A stretch of 64,000 bases of DNA from an uncultured bacterium (GCA_965541615.1 CBEUCJ010000002.1:223795-287794), one strand, 5' to 3'; positions 52,639 through 61,531 are shown, counted from the stretch's first letter. Notes: a model not told the origin generated them from the sequence alone. Program-made: numbers and translations.

Positions 52639-53366
52639 TTCTTTACCTCCTCTCTTTTAGGAGGATATCTTCTGCAACTAAACTTACCTTCAGGACAGTA
52701 TCCTAACCATTCACACTTAGGTCCTGCTTTATAAAATACAGCTGGCAATTTCTTCTTACATATCTCTAACATTTTATTAGCTAACTCTCTTATCTCCCAC
52801 TGCGCTCTCTGACAACACCTCAATCTAAAAAAGTGTAAAAGTTCTCTACAGTTCATAGTAACTATTATCTTTGTCTCTATTGCTTGGGGCAATATGTATC
52901 TTGCATCTTGATATGCTTTTTCTCCTTTGATCCCTTTCTCTTTTAATCTATTTATTATAAAATTGTAACAATCCTGAAGTTCTTTTAAAGTTTGTGTAAA
53001 TTTCTTTTTCAAAACTTTATCTTCCTTTATAGTGGGGGGAATTATTACATCAAAATCTTTTTCTTTTACATACCTTTGACTTTGCTGAGAATAAGAAGCT
53101 AATCTATGCCTTACTAACTGGTGAGTTAAAACTCTGGAAACTCCTTCTATAGCAAATGTAAATTTAACATGCTCTAAAGGACTCTCATGACCTGAAGCTA
53201 CTATCATCTTAATGAATTCTTCTTTTTCTTTCTTTGTAACTTTTTCTTTTAGAATTTGATGAGCAGATTTTGGAGAATAACACTGTCTGCATGCTGTATA
53301 TATAATATCTAAAGCTTTAGGGGTAAAATCCAGTAATTTTACTTTTAATCTAACAGATTTAGGCAT
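52635..53366 (-). CDS. thyX: FAD-dependent thymidylate synthase
   Basis: 243 aa. ThyX motif RHRLASYSQQSQRY. Has an extra Cys-rich C-terminal tail (CX14CX5CX6C). Confidence 0.85.
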   Translation of the reverse strand: MPKSVRLKVKLLDFTPKALDIIYTACRQCYSPKSAHQILKEKVTKKEKEEFIKMIVASGHESPLEHVKFTFAIEGVSRVLTHQLVRHRLASYSQQSQRYVKEKDFDVIIPPTIKEDKVLKKKFTQTLKELQDCYNFIINRLKEKGIKGEKAYQDARYILPQAIETKIIVTMNCRELLHFFRLRCCQRAQWEIRELANKMLEICKKKLPAVFYKAGPKCEWLGYCPEGKFSCRRYPPKREEVKK

Positions 53367-54045
53367 CTTTTTTTATCAAAATATTAACTTTTTCCTGGAA
53401 TTTTTTAATCTCTTCTTCAGTAAAATTAATCTTCTCTAATAAATAAGGAGAAATTATTTTTTCTGATGCAAAAAATTTCTGCAAAATGTAATTCTTTGCT
53501 CCTTTAATGTAGTTAGCTATAATTTCTATATCTTTAAAATCTAAAAACTCTTTAATTAAAACTGTTCTGAAAAGATAATCTATTCCAGAATTCATAATTA
53601 TCTTTATACTTTCTTGTATCTTTTTAGTATCTACCTGTACTCCACATACTTTTTCATATTTCTCAAAAGGAGCTTTTATATCCATAGCTACAAAATCTAT
53701 CAATTTTTTTTCTATTAACTCTTTTAACTTTTCAGGAAAGCTTCCGTTAGTATCTAACTTTATTGAGTATCCGTAGTCTTTTACTTTTTTTAAAAAATCT
53801 GGTAAATCTTTTTGTAAAAGAGGTTCACCACCTGTAATTACTACTCCTTCTAAGACACCTCTTCTTTTTTCTAAGAAAGAGAGCACCTCTTCTTCTGGAA
53901 TAGGAGGAGTAAATAATTCAGGTTTTACTAATTCTGGATTATAACAATAATGGCATCTAAAATTACATCCTTGAGTGAATATAATAGCTGAAATTTTTTT
54001 TGGATAATCTATTAAAGAAAATTTTTGAAACCCACCTATTAACAA
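53359..54045 (-). CDS. nrdG: Anaerobic ribonucleoside-triphosphate reductase activating protein (radical SAM)
   Basis: 228 aa. CNFRCHYCYN cluster motif near the N-terminus. 8-nt overlap with thyX, 7-nt overlap with nrdD. Confidence 0.8.
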   Translation of the reverse strand: MLIGGFQKFSLIDYPKKISAIIFTQGCNFRCHYCYNPELVKPELFTPPIPEEEVLSFLEKRRGVLEGVVITGGEPLLQKDLPDFLKKVKDYGYSIKLDTNGSFPEKLKELIEKKLIDFVAMDIKAPFEKYEKVCGVQVDTKKIQESIKIIMNSGIDYLFRTVLIKEFLDFKDIEIIANYIKGAKNYILQKFFASEKIISPYLLEKINFTEEEIKKFQEKVNILIKKDA

Positions 54046-56132
54046 CTAACTCTAAATTTTTTTCTCAATTTAAACTCTTCTCTTTTCCCCTTATTCCATT
54101 GGCTAATAGGTCTCAAATAACCTACTATTCTTGAATAAACTTCACATTGACTTTCACATTTAGGACAGAACTGATGCTCTCCACTTATGTATCCATGTTG
54201 AGGGCAGATACTAAATGTAGGAGTGATTGTAAAATATGGTAAGCTGTAATTCTCACATATCTTTTTAACTAATTTTTTAACTACTTGATTATCTGTTATC
54301 CTTTCACCTACAAAAATATGTAAGACTGTGCCACCTGTATATTTTGATTGAATTTCATCTTGCAATTCTAAAACTTCAAATACATCATCTGTGTAATTCA
54401 CAGGTAGTTGAGTAGAATTTGTATAAAAGGGTTCTGCTCCTCTCTTAAATTCAGATTCATTTGCACAGATAATATCTGGGTATTTTTCTTTATCTAATTT
54501 AGCTAACCTGTAAGAAGTACTTTCAGCAGGGGTAGCTTCTAAATTGTAGTTATTGTTGGTCTCTTTTTGAAATTCTAAAAGCTTTTGTCTCATAAAATCT
54601 AAAACCTTTAATGTAAATTCTATACTCTCTTTAGAACCTAAATCTTTTTTAAGAAAATTCAAACAAGCTTCATTCATCCCCACCAAACCTATTGTAGAAA
54701 AATGATTCTTCCAATACTGTCCAAATCTTTTCTTTATATCTCTTAAATAGAACTTAGCATAAGGGTATAAATCTTTTTCTGTCAAATTTTCTAAAACTTT
54801 TCTCTTTATCTCTAAACTTTCTTTTGCTAACTCCATTAAATAATCTAATCTTTCAAAAAACTCAGACTCTGTCTTTGATAAGTATCCTATTCTTGGCATG
54901 TTAATAGTCACTACACCTATTGAACCTGTTAAAGGAGAAGCTCCAAATAAACCTCCACCTCTTCTTTCCAACTTTCTATTATCTATCCTCAACCTACAAC
55001 ACATACTCCTTGCATCTTCTGGTTTCATATCTGAATTTACAAAATTTGCAAAATATGGGATTCCGTATTTGGCAGTAATCTCCCAAAGTAAATTTAGGTT
55101 TTCATTGTCCCAATCAAAATCTTTAGTAATATTGTAGGTAGGAATAGGGAAAGTAAAAACTCTTCCTTTTGCATCTCCCTCCAGCATTACTTCAAAAAAA
55201 GCTTTATTAAACATATCTATCTCTTTTTGAAATTCTTTATAAGTCTCTTTTTGAACTTTTCCTCCAATTATTACTCCCTGATCTTTATAATAATCAGGAG
55301 GTTTTAAATCCAAAGTAATATTAGTAAAAGGAGTTTGAAACCCTACTCTTGTAGGAACATTTATATTAAAAACGAATTCTTGAAGAGCTTGTTTTACTTC
55401 TTTATAAGTTAAACCATCGTATCTTATAAAAGGAGCTAACAATGTATCAAAGTTACTGAAAGCTTGAGCACCTGCAGCTTCTCCTTGAAGAGTATAAAAG
55501 AAATTGACTACTTGACCTAAAGCACTTCTAAAGTGCTTTGCAGGTTTAGATTCTACTTTACCAACAGCACCCCTAAAACCAGTTAACAACAGATCATATA
55601 AATCCCAACCCACACAATATACAGAAAGGAGATTTAAATCATGTATATGAAAATCTCCATTTAAATGAGCTTCTTTTATTTTTGGAGGATAAATTTTATT
55701 TAACCAGTATATCTTGCTGATCTCTGAAGAAATATAGTTATTTAAACCTTGCAAAGAAAAACTCATGTTGCTATTTTCATTTACCTGCCAATCTAATCTC
55801 TCTAAATATTGAGTAACTAAATCTACTCCTGCTTTGTTCTTTATCTCTCTGATCTTTGCATGTTGATCTCTGTAGATAATATAGGCTTTAGCTGTTTTTT
55901 TGTAAGGAGATGAGATTAAAACTTCTTCGACTATATCTTGAATCTCTTCAACTGTAGGGATTCTATCTTTTATTACCTGATGAGCTAAATTTAAAACTCT
56001 TAAAGTTAATTTTTTTGCGACTTCTATATCAAACTCTCCTGTAGCTCTTCCTGCTTTAAGGATAGCTTGAGTAATTTTTTCAGAATTAAAATCGACTATT
56101 CTTCCATCTCTCTTTACGATCTTCTCAAACAT
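54039..56132 (-). CDS. nrdD: Anaerobic ribonucleoside-triphosphate reductase
   Basis: 697 aa. N-terminal ATP-cone, C-terminal zinc ribbon (CPQHG...CPKC) and glycyl-radical region. Confidence 0.9.
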   Translation of the reverse strand: MFEKIVKRDGRIVDFNSEKITQAILKAGRATGEFDIEVAKKLTLRVLNLAHQVIKDRIPTVEEIQDIVEEVLISSPYKKTAKAYIIYRDQHAKIREIKNKAGVDLVTQYLERLDWQVNENSNMSFSLQGLNNYISSEISKIYWLNKIYPPKIKEAHLNGDFHIHDLNLLSVYCVGWDLYDLLLTGFRGAVGKVESKPAKHFRSALGQVVNFFYTLQGEAAGAQAFSNFDTLLAPFIRYDGLTYKEVKQALQEFVFNINVPTRVGFQTPFTNITLDLKPPDYYKDQGVIIGGKVQKETYKEFQKEIDMFNKAFFEVMLEGDAKGRVFTFPIPTYNITKDFDWDNENLNLLWEITAKYGIPYFANFVNSDMKPEDARSMCCRLRIDNRKLERRGGGLFGASPLTGSIGVVTINMPRIGYLSKTESEFFERLDYLMELAKESLEIKRKVLENLTEKDLYPYAKFYLRDIKKRFGQYWKNHFSTIGLVGMNEACLNFLKKDLGSKESIEFTLKVLDFMRQKLLEFQKETNNNYNLEATPAESTSYRLAKLDKEKYPDIICANESEFKRGAEPFYTNSTQLPVNYTDDVFEVLELQDEIQSKYTGGTVLHIFVGERITDNQVVKKLVKKICENYSLPYFTITPTFSICPQHGYISGEHQFCPKCESQCEVYSRIVGYLRPISQWNKGKREEFKLRKKFRVSC

Positions 56133-56192
56133 AATTTCCTCCTTCTTTTTTATTTATCAGAAAAAGGTTTGAAGTCAATCAAAACTTTTATT

Positions 56193-56220
56193 ATTATAAT
56201 ATAAAATAAGATTTTAACAA
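56193..56220 (-). promoter_or_regulatory. Candidate sigma-70 promoter upstream of nrdD (TTGTTA, 16-nt spacer, TATAAT)
   Basis: Read on the minus strand: -35 at 56215-56220, -10 at 56193-56198, about 55 nt before the nrdD ATG. No NrdR box recognised. Confidence 0.25.
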
Positions 56221-56232
56221 AGAGCTTTAAAA

Positions 56233-56478
56233 ATGCCTATTTATGTATATAAAGCTGTTAAAAAAGGGTGTCCATATTGTAAAGAAGGTTTTGAAGTTTT
56301 CCAAAAAGTAGATGATGCTCCTATCACTGAATGTCCTAAATGTAAATCTCAAGTAAAAAGAGTATTCTCTCAGTTTTCTATAGGCTTTTCTAAGACCTCC
56401 TTTGAAAGAAAAGCCAAAGAAAAAGGATTTCATAAGTTAAAAAGAGTAGATAAAGGAAAATACGAAAAAATTTATTAA
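56233..56478 (+). CDS. FmdB-family zinc-ribbon protein
   Basis: 81 aa. MPIYVYKAV..CPYCKEGFEVFQKVDDAPITECPKCKS pattern (CxxC...CxxC). Its stop abuts the convergent mtaB-like stop. Confidence 0.65.
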   Translation: MPIYVYKAVKKGCPYCKEGFEVFQKVDDAPITECPKCKSQVKRVFSQFSIGFSKTSFERKAKEKGFHKLKRVDKGKYEKIY

Positions 56479-57717
56479 TTAAACTTTCTGTGCATAAGTA
56501 TATACTTGGTTGATTTGAGTTATCTTCACTTGTGAAAACTCATTTAATTTAATATCATTCTTTTCCTTTACAAATACTTTAATGTAGTTATCTGATAAAC
56601 CTATTTTAAATTGACAGTTTTGGACTTCAAATAATACTCTCAAAGTCTGATTCAAAAAATTCTTTCTAAAATTTAATGACAATTCATTGCAAACCTCTTC
56701 TAAAACCTTTTTTCTCCTCTTAATTTCTTTAACATCTACACTTTCATTAAAATGAGGAGTTAAAGGTCTCTTACTAAAGCTAAATATATGGACTTTTAAA
56801 GGTAAAACTTTTTTTAAAAATCTAATCGTATTTTCAAAATTCTCTATTTTTTCTGTAGGAAAACCTACAATTATATCTGTAGTAATGGAAGCTCCTTTTA
56901 TTTTTTCTTTTACAGTCTCACAAATTTTTAAATAATCTGAAACACTACATTTTCTATTCATTGATTTTAGAACCTTGTCATCTCCTGACTGAAAAGGTAT
57001 GTGCAAATGGTTACACATCTTTTCATTTTGAGAAATAAATTCTACTAAATCAGAATTAACATCTTGTGGTTCTATAGAAGATAATCTCACTCTAAAATTT
57101 GCTTTTAATTTTGTAATCTCTTCTAATAGCCTCAATAAACCAAATTTCTCCCCAAAATCTTTTCCATACTTTCCCAAACATACTCCTGAAAGCACAACTT
57201 CTTTGTATCCTGAATCTAACAATCTCTTTATCTCATCTAATATTTCTTCTTTGGGTCTGGAAGCAGGTCTTCCTCTCACATAAGGAATTACACAAAAACT
57301 ACAAAAGTTATCACATCCTGTTTGGACTTTTACAAAAGCTCTTGTATGGTTTTTAAAATAAGATATCCCTATTTTTTCTGAATCACTATATGGTTTTCCT
57401 AAGAATTTTAAAATCTTATATTTTTCTTCATTCTTAATGAGAATGTCTGCTAAGTCTTTTAAATTTTCTTTGCCATAAAGATTTACTAAACAACCACATA
57501 AAATTAACTTTGAAGAAGGGAAGTTTTTTCTTAACTTTCTTAAAATCTCTTTTGTTTTGTTCTCTGCTCTTTGGGTTACACAACAAGAATTAATTATAAA
57601 AATATCAGGTTTCTCATCAGATTCTGTAAAACCTGCTTTTAATAAGAGTTCTCTCATTAGCTGAGATTCATATTGATTTAATTTACATCCAAAATCTATT
57701 ATTTTAAAATTCTTCAT
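56479..57717 (-). CDS. mtaB: MiaB-like tRNA methylthiotransferase (MtaB-type: MTTase N-domain, radical SAM, TRAM)
   Basis: 412 aa. N-terminal Cys triad (C...SCCV), radical SAM CDNFCSFC. Confidence 0.7.
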   Translation of the reverse strand: MKNFKIIDFGCKLNQYESQLMRELLLKAGFTESDEKPDIFIINSCCVTQRAENKTKEILRKLRKNFPSSKLILCGCLVNLYGKENLKDLADILIKNEEKYKILKFLGKPYSDSEKIGISYFKNHTRAFVKVQTGCDNFCSFCVIPYVRGRPASRPKEEILDEIKRLLDSGYKEVVLSGVCLGKYGKDFGEKFGLLRLLEEITKLKANFRVRLSSIEPQDVNSDLVEFISQNEKMCNHLHIPFQSGDDKVLKSMNRKCSVSDYLKICETVKEKIKGASITTDIIVGFPTEKIENFENTIRFLKKVLPLKVHIFSFSKRPLTPHFNESVDVKEIKRRKKVLEEVCNELSLNFRKNFLNQTLRVLFEVQNCQFKIGLSDNYIKVFVKEKNDIKLNEFSQVKITQINQVYTYAQKV

Positions 57718-58430
57718 CTTTTAAACAAAAAGCTTAAGAGACCTGTAAGAAAAATTCCTGCGGTTTCAGTCCTTAAAATATTCATTGAAAGTTTGCATAA
57801 AAGAAATCCTTTTTGCTTAGCTAAATTTACTTCGCTTTGAGAGAAATCTCCTTCTGGACCTATGAAAAGATTTATATTTTTGTATTTATTTAAACCAGAT
57901 ATTACAGAGTTAAAATCTTTACTTTCTTCATTTAAAGAAAACAAAATATTAATAGATGAATTTAAATTTCCAACAAAATCCAATGCTTTTCTGAAATCAA
58001 TGGGTTTAGAAATCTTTGGAAGAAATAACCTGCCAGATTGAGCTGTAGCTTGTTGGGCTATCTTCATTATCCTATTAAAATTTAAATCTAACTTTTGTTG
58101 ATTTTTGCACTTTAAAGGAAAAATAATATCGGCACCTAATTCTGTAGCTTTTTCTACTAATAACTCAAATTTATTTTTTTTAGGTATTGCACAAAAAAGA
58201 TTGATAAAAGGGTATGTAGGTAACTTTTCTTCTATAACTTCTATATTTTTTATTTCAAATATCTTTTTTTTCTTATCTATCTTTTCAATTTGAGCTTTAA
58301 ATTTTTTTCCTTTTCCATCTGTAAAAAGAATCTCCTCTCCTTCTTTCTTTCTCAAAACATCAATTACATGATGATAAATTTCTCTATCTTCTATTTTATT
58401 TTTAAGATGGGGTAAAAAGATGAGGTGCAT
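57714..58430 (-). CDS. rsmE: 16S rRNA (uracil1498-N3)-methyltransferase RsmE family
   Basis: 238 aa. PUA-like N-terminus plus SPOUT C-terminus (LFIGPEGDFSQSE). Confidence 0.8.
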   Translation of the reverse strand: MHLIFLPHLKNKIEDREIYHHVIDVLRKKEGEEILFTDGKGKKFKAQIEKIDKKKKIFEIKNIEVIEEKLPTYPFINLFCAIPKKNKFELLVEKATELGADIIFPLKCKNQQKLDLNFNRIMKIAQQATAQSGRLFLPKISKPIDFRKALDFVGNLNSSINILFSLNEESKDFNSVISGLNKYKNINLFIGPEGDFSQSEVNLAKQKGFLLCKLSMNILRTETAGIFLTGLLSFLFKR

Positions 58431-59878
58431 TAATATTCTTTTTCACTGAATACTTCAGCTGTAAAAGTATAAATTTCTGTATCTTCCTCTTTCCAACAAT
58501 CAGGACTCAAACCTGCTTTTAAACAGGTGTGTGTTAAAAAAGTAGCTCTATCCCAATTGTATTCTGTAGCTACTTGAGGCAACAAAAGACCAGAGAAAAA
58601 CCCTTTTTTTATAAACAGACCGTGTTTGCCTACCTCTACTTCTTTGATATCAGTTATCCTTTTAAAAGGACTTAAGATTGAAATTTCAATCTCTATATCA
58701 CTAAACTCATCTTTTGTAAGTGGTGTAAATCTTGGGTCTCTAAAGGCTGCTTCTATAGCCATTAAAGATACTGCTTTATACAAAGGTAAATCTGCTACTA
58801 TTCTTCCTATACACCCTCTCAGAGCATTATGCTTTTTTAAAGTAACAAAGCAAGCTGCAGGTTCTTTTAATTGGGGGTCTTCTACTTCAAATTCAGTGAC
58901 TTTTCCTTTTTCTAAATACTCTTTAATACTATTCCTTGCTATCTCTAACAATTTTTTCCTTTGTTCTCTACTTAACATCTTTTTCTCCTCCTCTCTTTCT
59001 TCTTGAACAAAAGCAAATGCTAAATACCCTACCACTTTCGAGAAATCACCTGAAGTGTAACCTGAATGTGAGTATTTTAAAAAAACAGGTTTTAAATTTA
59101 ATTCTTTAGCTACCAATAACAAAAGAGTAATAGGTATATACCCACAAGCTTCTATCTCTCTTTTCTGAATCTTAGAATAGAACTCTTGAGCAGATAAATC
59201 TTTTATTAATCTAATAGTCTGTGAATCTATCTTTTCAGCTTCTGCAGCTGGATGATAATGAGAAAGGTCAGATGAAACTACTAATAAAGTATCCTCTTTT
59301 TTTAAAATATCTTTTATTAATCTGCTTAATTCTACTAAATCTTGATAGCTTAAATCTCCAACTACTATAGGGACTATTTTAAATCCTTTTTCTAAAACTA
59401 CTTGCAAAAAGGGGATCTCTACTTCTACTGAATGTTCTTTTGAAAAAGCTTCTTTTCTTAAAGAAGCTTTTTTAAATTTCTCTAAAATCATCTCAGAAAT
59501 TTGAGTATCTATTTCCACTATTCCTAATGGTGTCTCAAAAGCTCCTCTTGGATAGATAGATATTCCTTCAAAATACACATAATGAGAAGGACCTAAAATT
59601 AATACTGTTTTATAACTTTCATTTCTAACTGTCTTAAAAGAATAAGCTGCAATAGGTCCTGAATAGATATAACCTGCATGGGGAGCTATTAAAGCTTTTA
59701 CTTTACCTTTTATGGAAGGAAGTTGGGCTTCTTTTAAGAACTCCTGAATCTGTGAAATTAATTTTTTTCTATCTGAAGGATAAAATAGACCAGCTACATT
59801 AGGCTTTTTTATTTCAGAAAATCCTGTATTATTCATTATAAAAATTAGAGTGAATAAAATAATACACCTTTTTACCAC
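58430..59878 (-). CDS. Fusion protein: MEMO1-like domain (N-terminal) plus AMMECR1 domain (C-terminal)
   Basis: 482 aa. Memo motifs VAGLFYPS, APHAGYIYSG, VVGYLAFAF. AMMECR1 motif ALRGCIGRI...PRFTPL. The called GTG start gives a hydrophobic signal-like N-terminus. The alternative ATG (MNNTGF) would not. Confidence 0.7.
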   Translation of the reverse strand: MVKRCIILFTLIFIMNNTGFSEIKKPNVAGLFYPSDRKKLISQIQEFLKEAQLPSIKGKVKALIAPHAGYIYSGPIAAYSFKTVRNESYKTVLILGPSHYVYFEGISIYPRGAFETPLGIVEIDTQISEMILEKFKKASLRKEAFSKEHSVEVEIPFLQVVLEKGFKIVPIVVGDLSYQDLVELSRLIKDILKKEDTLLVVSSDLSHYHPAAEAEKIDSQTIRLIKDLSAQEFYSKIQKREIEACGYIPITLLLLVAKELNLKPVFLKYSHSGYTSGDFSKVVGYLAFAFVQEEREEEKKMLSREQRKKLLEIARNSIKEYLEKGKVTEFEVEDPQLKEPAACFVTLKKHNALRGCIGRIVADLPLYKAVSLMAIEAAFRDPRFTPLTKDEFSDIEIEISILSPFKRITDIKEVEVGKHGLFIKKGFFSGLLLPQVATEYNWDRATFLTHTCLKAGLSPDCWKEEDTEIYTFTAEVFSEKEY

Positions 59879-59929
59879 AATCTTTTAAATTATAATCCTC
59901 TGTTTTCTACAAAGCAATAGAAAAAATCT

Positions 59930-60172
59930 TTAAAGAACTTTTGCTTCACTCATAATCTTTTTTATAAATGAATTTTTCTTCTTCAGCTTCTTAAACTCTT
60001 GAGGAGTGTAAATTAAAGGTTCTATTGGAAGATCTGTTAAAGCTGTTATCTTTTGAATCCTTTCAAAAAACTTCTCTTTAAAGTCTCCTGCAATTATTAA
60101 ATCGATATCACTTGCTTCATGTACTTCTCCTTTTGCAAAGGATCCAAAAAGATAGACTTCTTTTATAAGCAT
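59930..60172 (-). CDS. Minimal nucleotidyltransferase (MNT family, antitoxin-type)
   Basis: 80 aa. LFGSFAKGEVHEASDIDLII (the GSx10DxD motif). Confidence 0.65.
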   Translation of the reverse strand: MLIKEVYLFGSFAKGEVHEASDIDLIIAGDFKEKFFERIQKITALTDLPIEPLIYTPQEFKKLKKKNSFIKKIMSEAKVL

Positions 60173-60296
60173 TTGTCTGCATCCTCTTTATCATAATATA
60201 ATCCACAGGAGCTAAATCTTCATCTTTAAAGCTATCTTTGGCAGCTTTTAAATCTGCTTCTGCTTGTCTTAACCAACGTTTAGCTTCCTTTCGCAT
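60117..60296 (-). pseudogene. Truncated HEPN-like ORF (59 codons) overlapping the MNT gene in another frame
   Basis: Translation MRKEAKRWLRQAEADLKAAKDSF... matches the HEPN N-terminal helix. The conserved C-terminal RX4HXY region is missing, and the frame runs into the MNT CDS. Confidence 0.3.
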
Positions 60297-60318
60297 AATT
60301 TCTTTTTAAAATTTTACT

Positions 60319-61080
60319 TTATATTCTTTTCATCTTAAAGAGTTTTCTTAAAAAAATTAAGTTAAGGATTCCTACACCAACAAAAATCATTGAAATGTAT
60401 TGAAAAATTGAAAACATGCCCAAAAAGGGTCTGGGATCTCCTCTTAAAAATTCTATAAGAAATCTAAAAGTTCCATATAACAGAAAATAAAAAGAAAAGA
60501 CTTCTCCTAAAAATCTTCTTCTTTTATAAATTCTCAACAAGATTAAAAAAATTATAAAAAGGAAAAATGAAGAGATTAACTGGGTGGGAATAACTTTTAC
60601 TCCTAAAGCACCTGCTGGTGAATCGGGTTTAAATAAAATCCCAAATTTTTCAGAAGGCTTACCATAGCAACATCCATTCAAAAAACAACCTATTCTTCCT
60701 ATACTATGTCCTAAAACTAAACCTAAACTAAAAATGTCAGATACTCTTAAAAAATTTATTTTTTTCCTTTTGCACATTATATACAAGCTAAAAATACCTA
60801 AAATGACTCCACCTTGAAAAGCAAAGCCTGCTCTGGAAAATATATAACTTAAAGGTGAATTTAAAAAATTTTTAAGATTTATCAAAATAAAAAGAATCCT
60901 GCCCCCTAATAACCCTAAAAAGAGACTCCAAATAAATAAAGATTCTATAATTTTTAAGTCTAAATTTTCTTTCTTTGCTAAATTTTTTACTAAAATATAA
61001 CTCGTCCATACTCCTAAGAACGCAAGGACTCCATAAGAATAAATTTTAAAATTACCTATTTTAATTAGAACTGGCCACAT
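60319..61080 (-). CDS. lgt: Prolipoprotein diacylglyceryl transferase
   Basis: 253 aa. Lgt signature GHSIGRIGCFLNGCCYGKPS, polytopic. Confidence 0.9.
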   Translation of the reverse strand: MWPVLIKIGNFKIYSYGVLAFLGVWTSYILVKNLAKKENLDLKIIESLFIWSLFLGLLGGRILFILINLKNFLNSPLSYIFSRAGFAFQGGVILGIFSLYIMCKRKKINFLRVSDIFSLGLVLGHSIGRIGCFLNGCCYGKPSEKFGILFKPDSPAGALGVKVIPTQLISSFFLFIIFLILLRIYKRRRFLGEVFSFYFLLYGTFRFLIEFLRGDPRPFLGMFSIFQYISMIFVGVGILNLIFLRKLFKMKRI

Positions 61081-61084
61081 CTTT

Positions 61085-61531
61085 TTAAAACTCCTTTGAA
61101 TCTAAGATAAAAGTTACAGGCCCTGCATTCTCAAGTAAGATGTGCATATATTCTCCAAAGACACCTTTTTCTACTCTTAAACCAAAAGACTTTAAAATAT
61201 CAATAAAATCTTGATAGAACCTCTCAGCTGTTTGGGGTTCTAAACTCAAATGGAAAGAGGGTCTTCTTCCTTTATAGACTTGAGCACAAAGTGTAAATTC
61301 TGAAACACATAAAATCTCAGCTTTAATATCTAAAGCAGATAAATTCATCTTTTTGTTTTCATCCTCAAATATTCTTAAATTTAATATTTTCTGTGCCATC
61401 TTTAATAAGTCTTCTTGTTTATCTCCCCTTTCAAATCCTACAAAAATTAATAAACCTTTACCTATCTGAGAAAAGATTTTGTCTTTTATTATAACTTGAG
61501 CTTTATTTACTCTTTGCAGAACTACTTTCAT
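61085..61531 (-). CDS. dtd: D-aminoacyl-tRNA deacylase
   Basis: 148 aa. MKVVLQRV...SEFTL motif. Confidence 0.9.
   Translation of the reverse strand: MKVVLQRVNKAQVIIKDKIFSQIGKGLLIFVGFERGDKQEDLLKMAQKILNLRIFEDENKKMNLSALDIKAEILCVSEFTLCAQVYKGRRPSFHLSLEPQTAERFYQDFIDILKSFGLRVEKGVFGEYMHILLENAGPVTFILDSKEF

Noticed and set aside
53359-54045. The NrdG-like radical SAM gene as the missing AmmeMemoRadiSam radical SAM partner
   Set aside because: At 228 aa with an N-terminal CNFRCHYC cluster, and overlapping nrdD, it is a canonical RNR activase. The AmmeMemoRadiSam partner is a longer PFL-activase-like protein.
56133-56232. NrdR boxes upstream of nrdD
   Set aside because: No pair of 16-bp acaCwAtATaTwGtgt-like palindromes is visible, only AT-rich promoter-like sequence.
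56227-56433. Minus-strand 68-aa ORF overlapping the plus-strand FmdB gene
   Set aside because: The plus-strand frame shows the conserved FmdB zinc-ribbon pattern (CPYC...CPKC). The minus frame is low-complexity with no motif.
60117-60296. A full HEPN toxin recovered from the upstream ORF by allowing a frameshift
   Set aside because: Neither alternative frame after codon 27 shows HEPN-like sequence (no QQAxEKxLKA, no RX4HXY). Only an N-terminal fragment remains.
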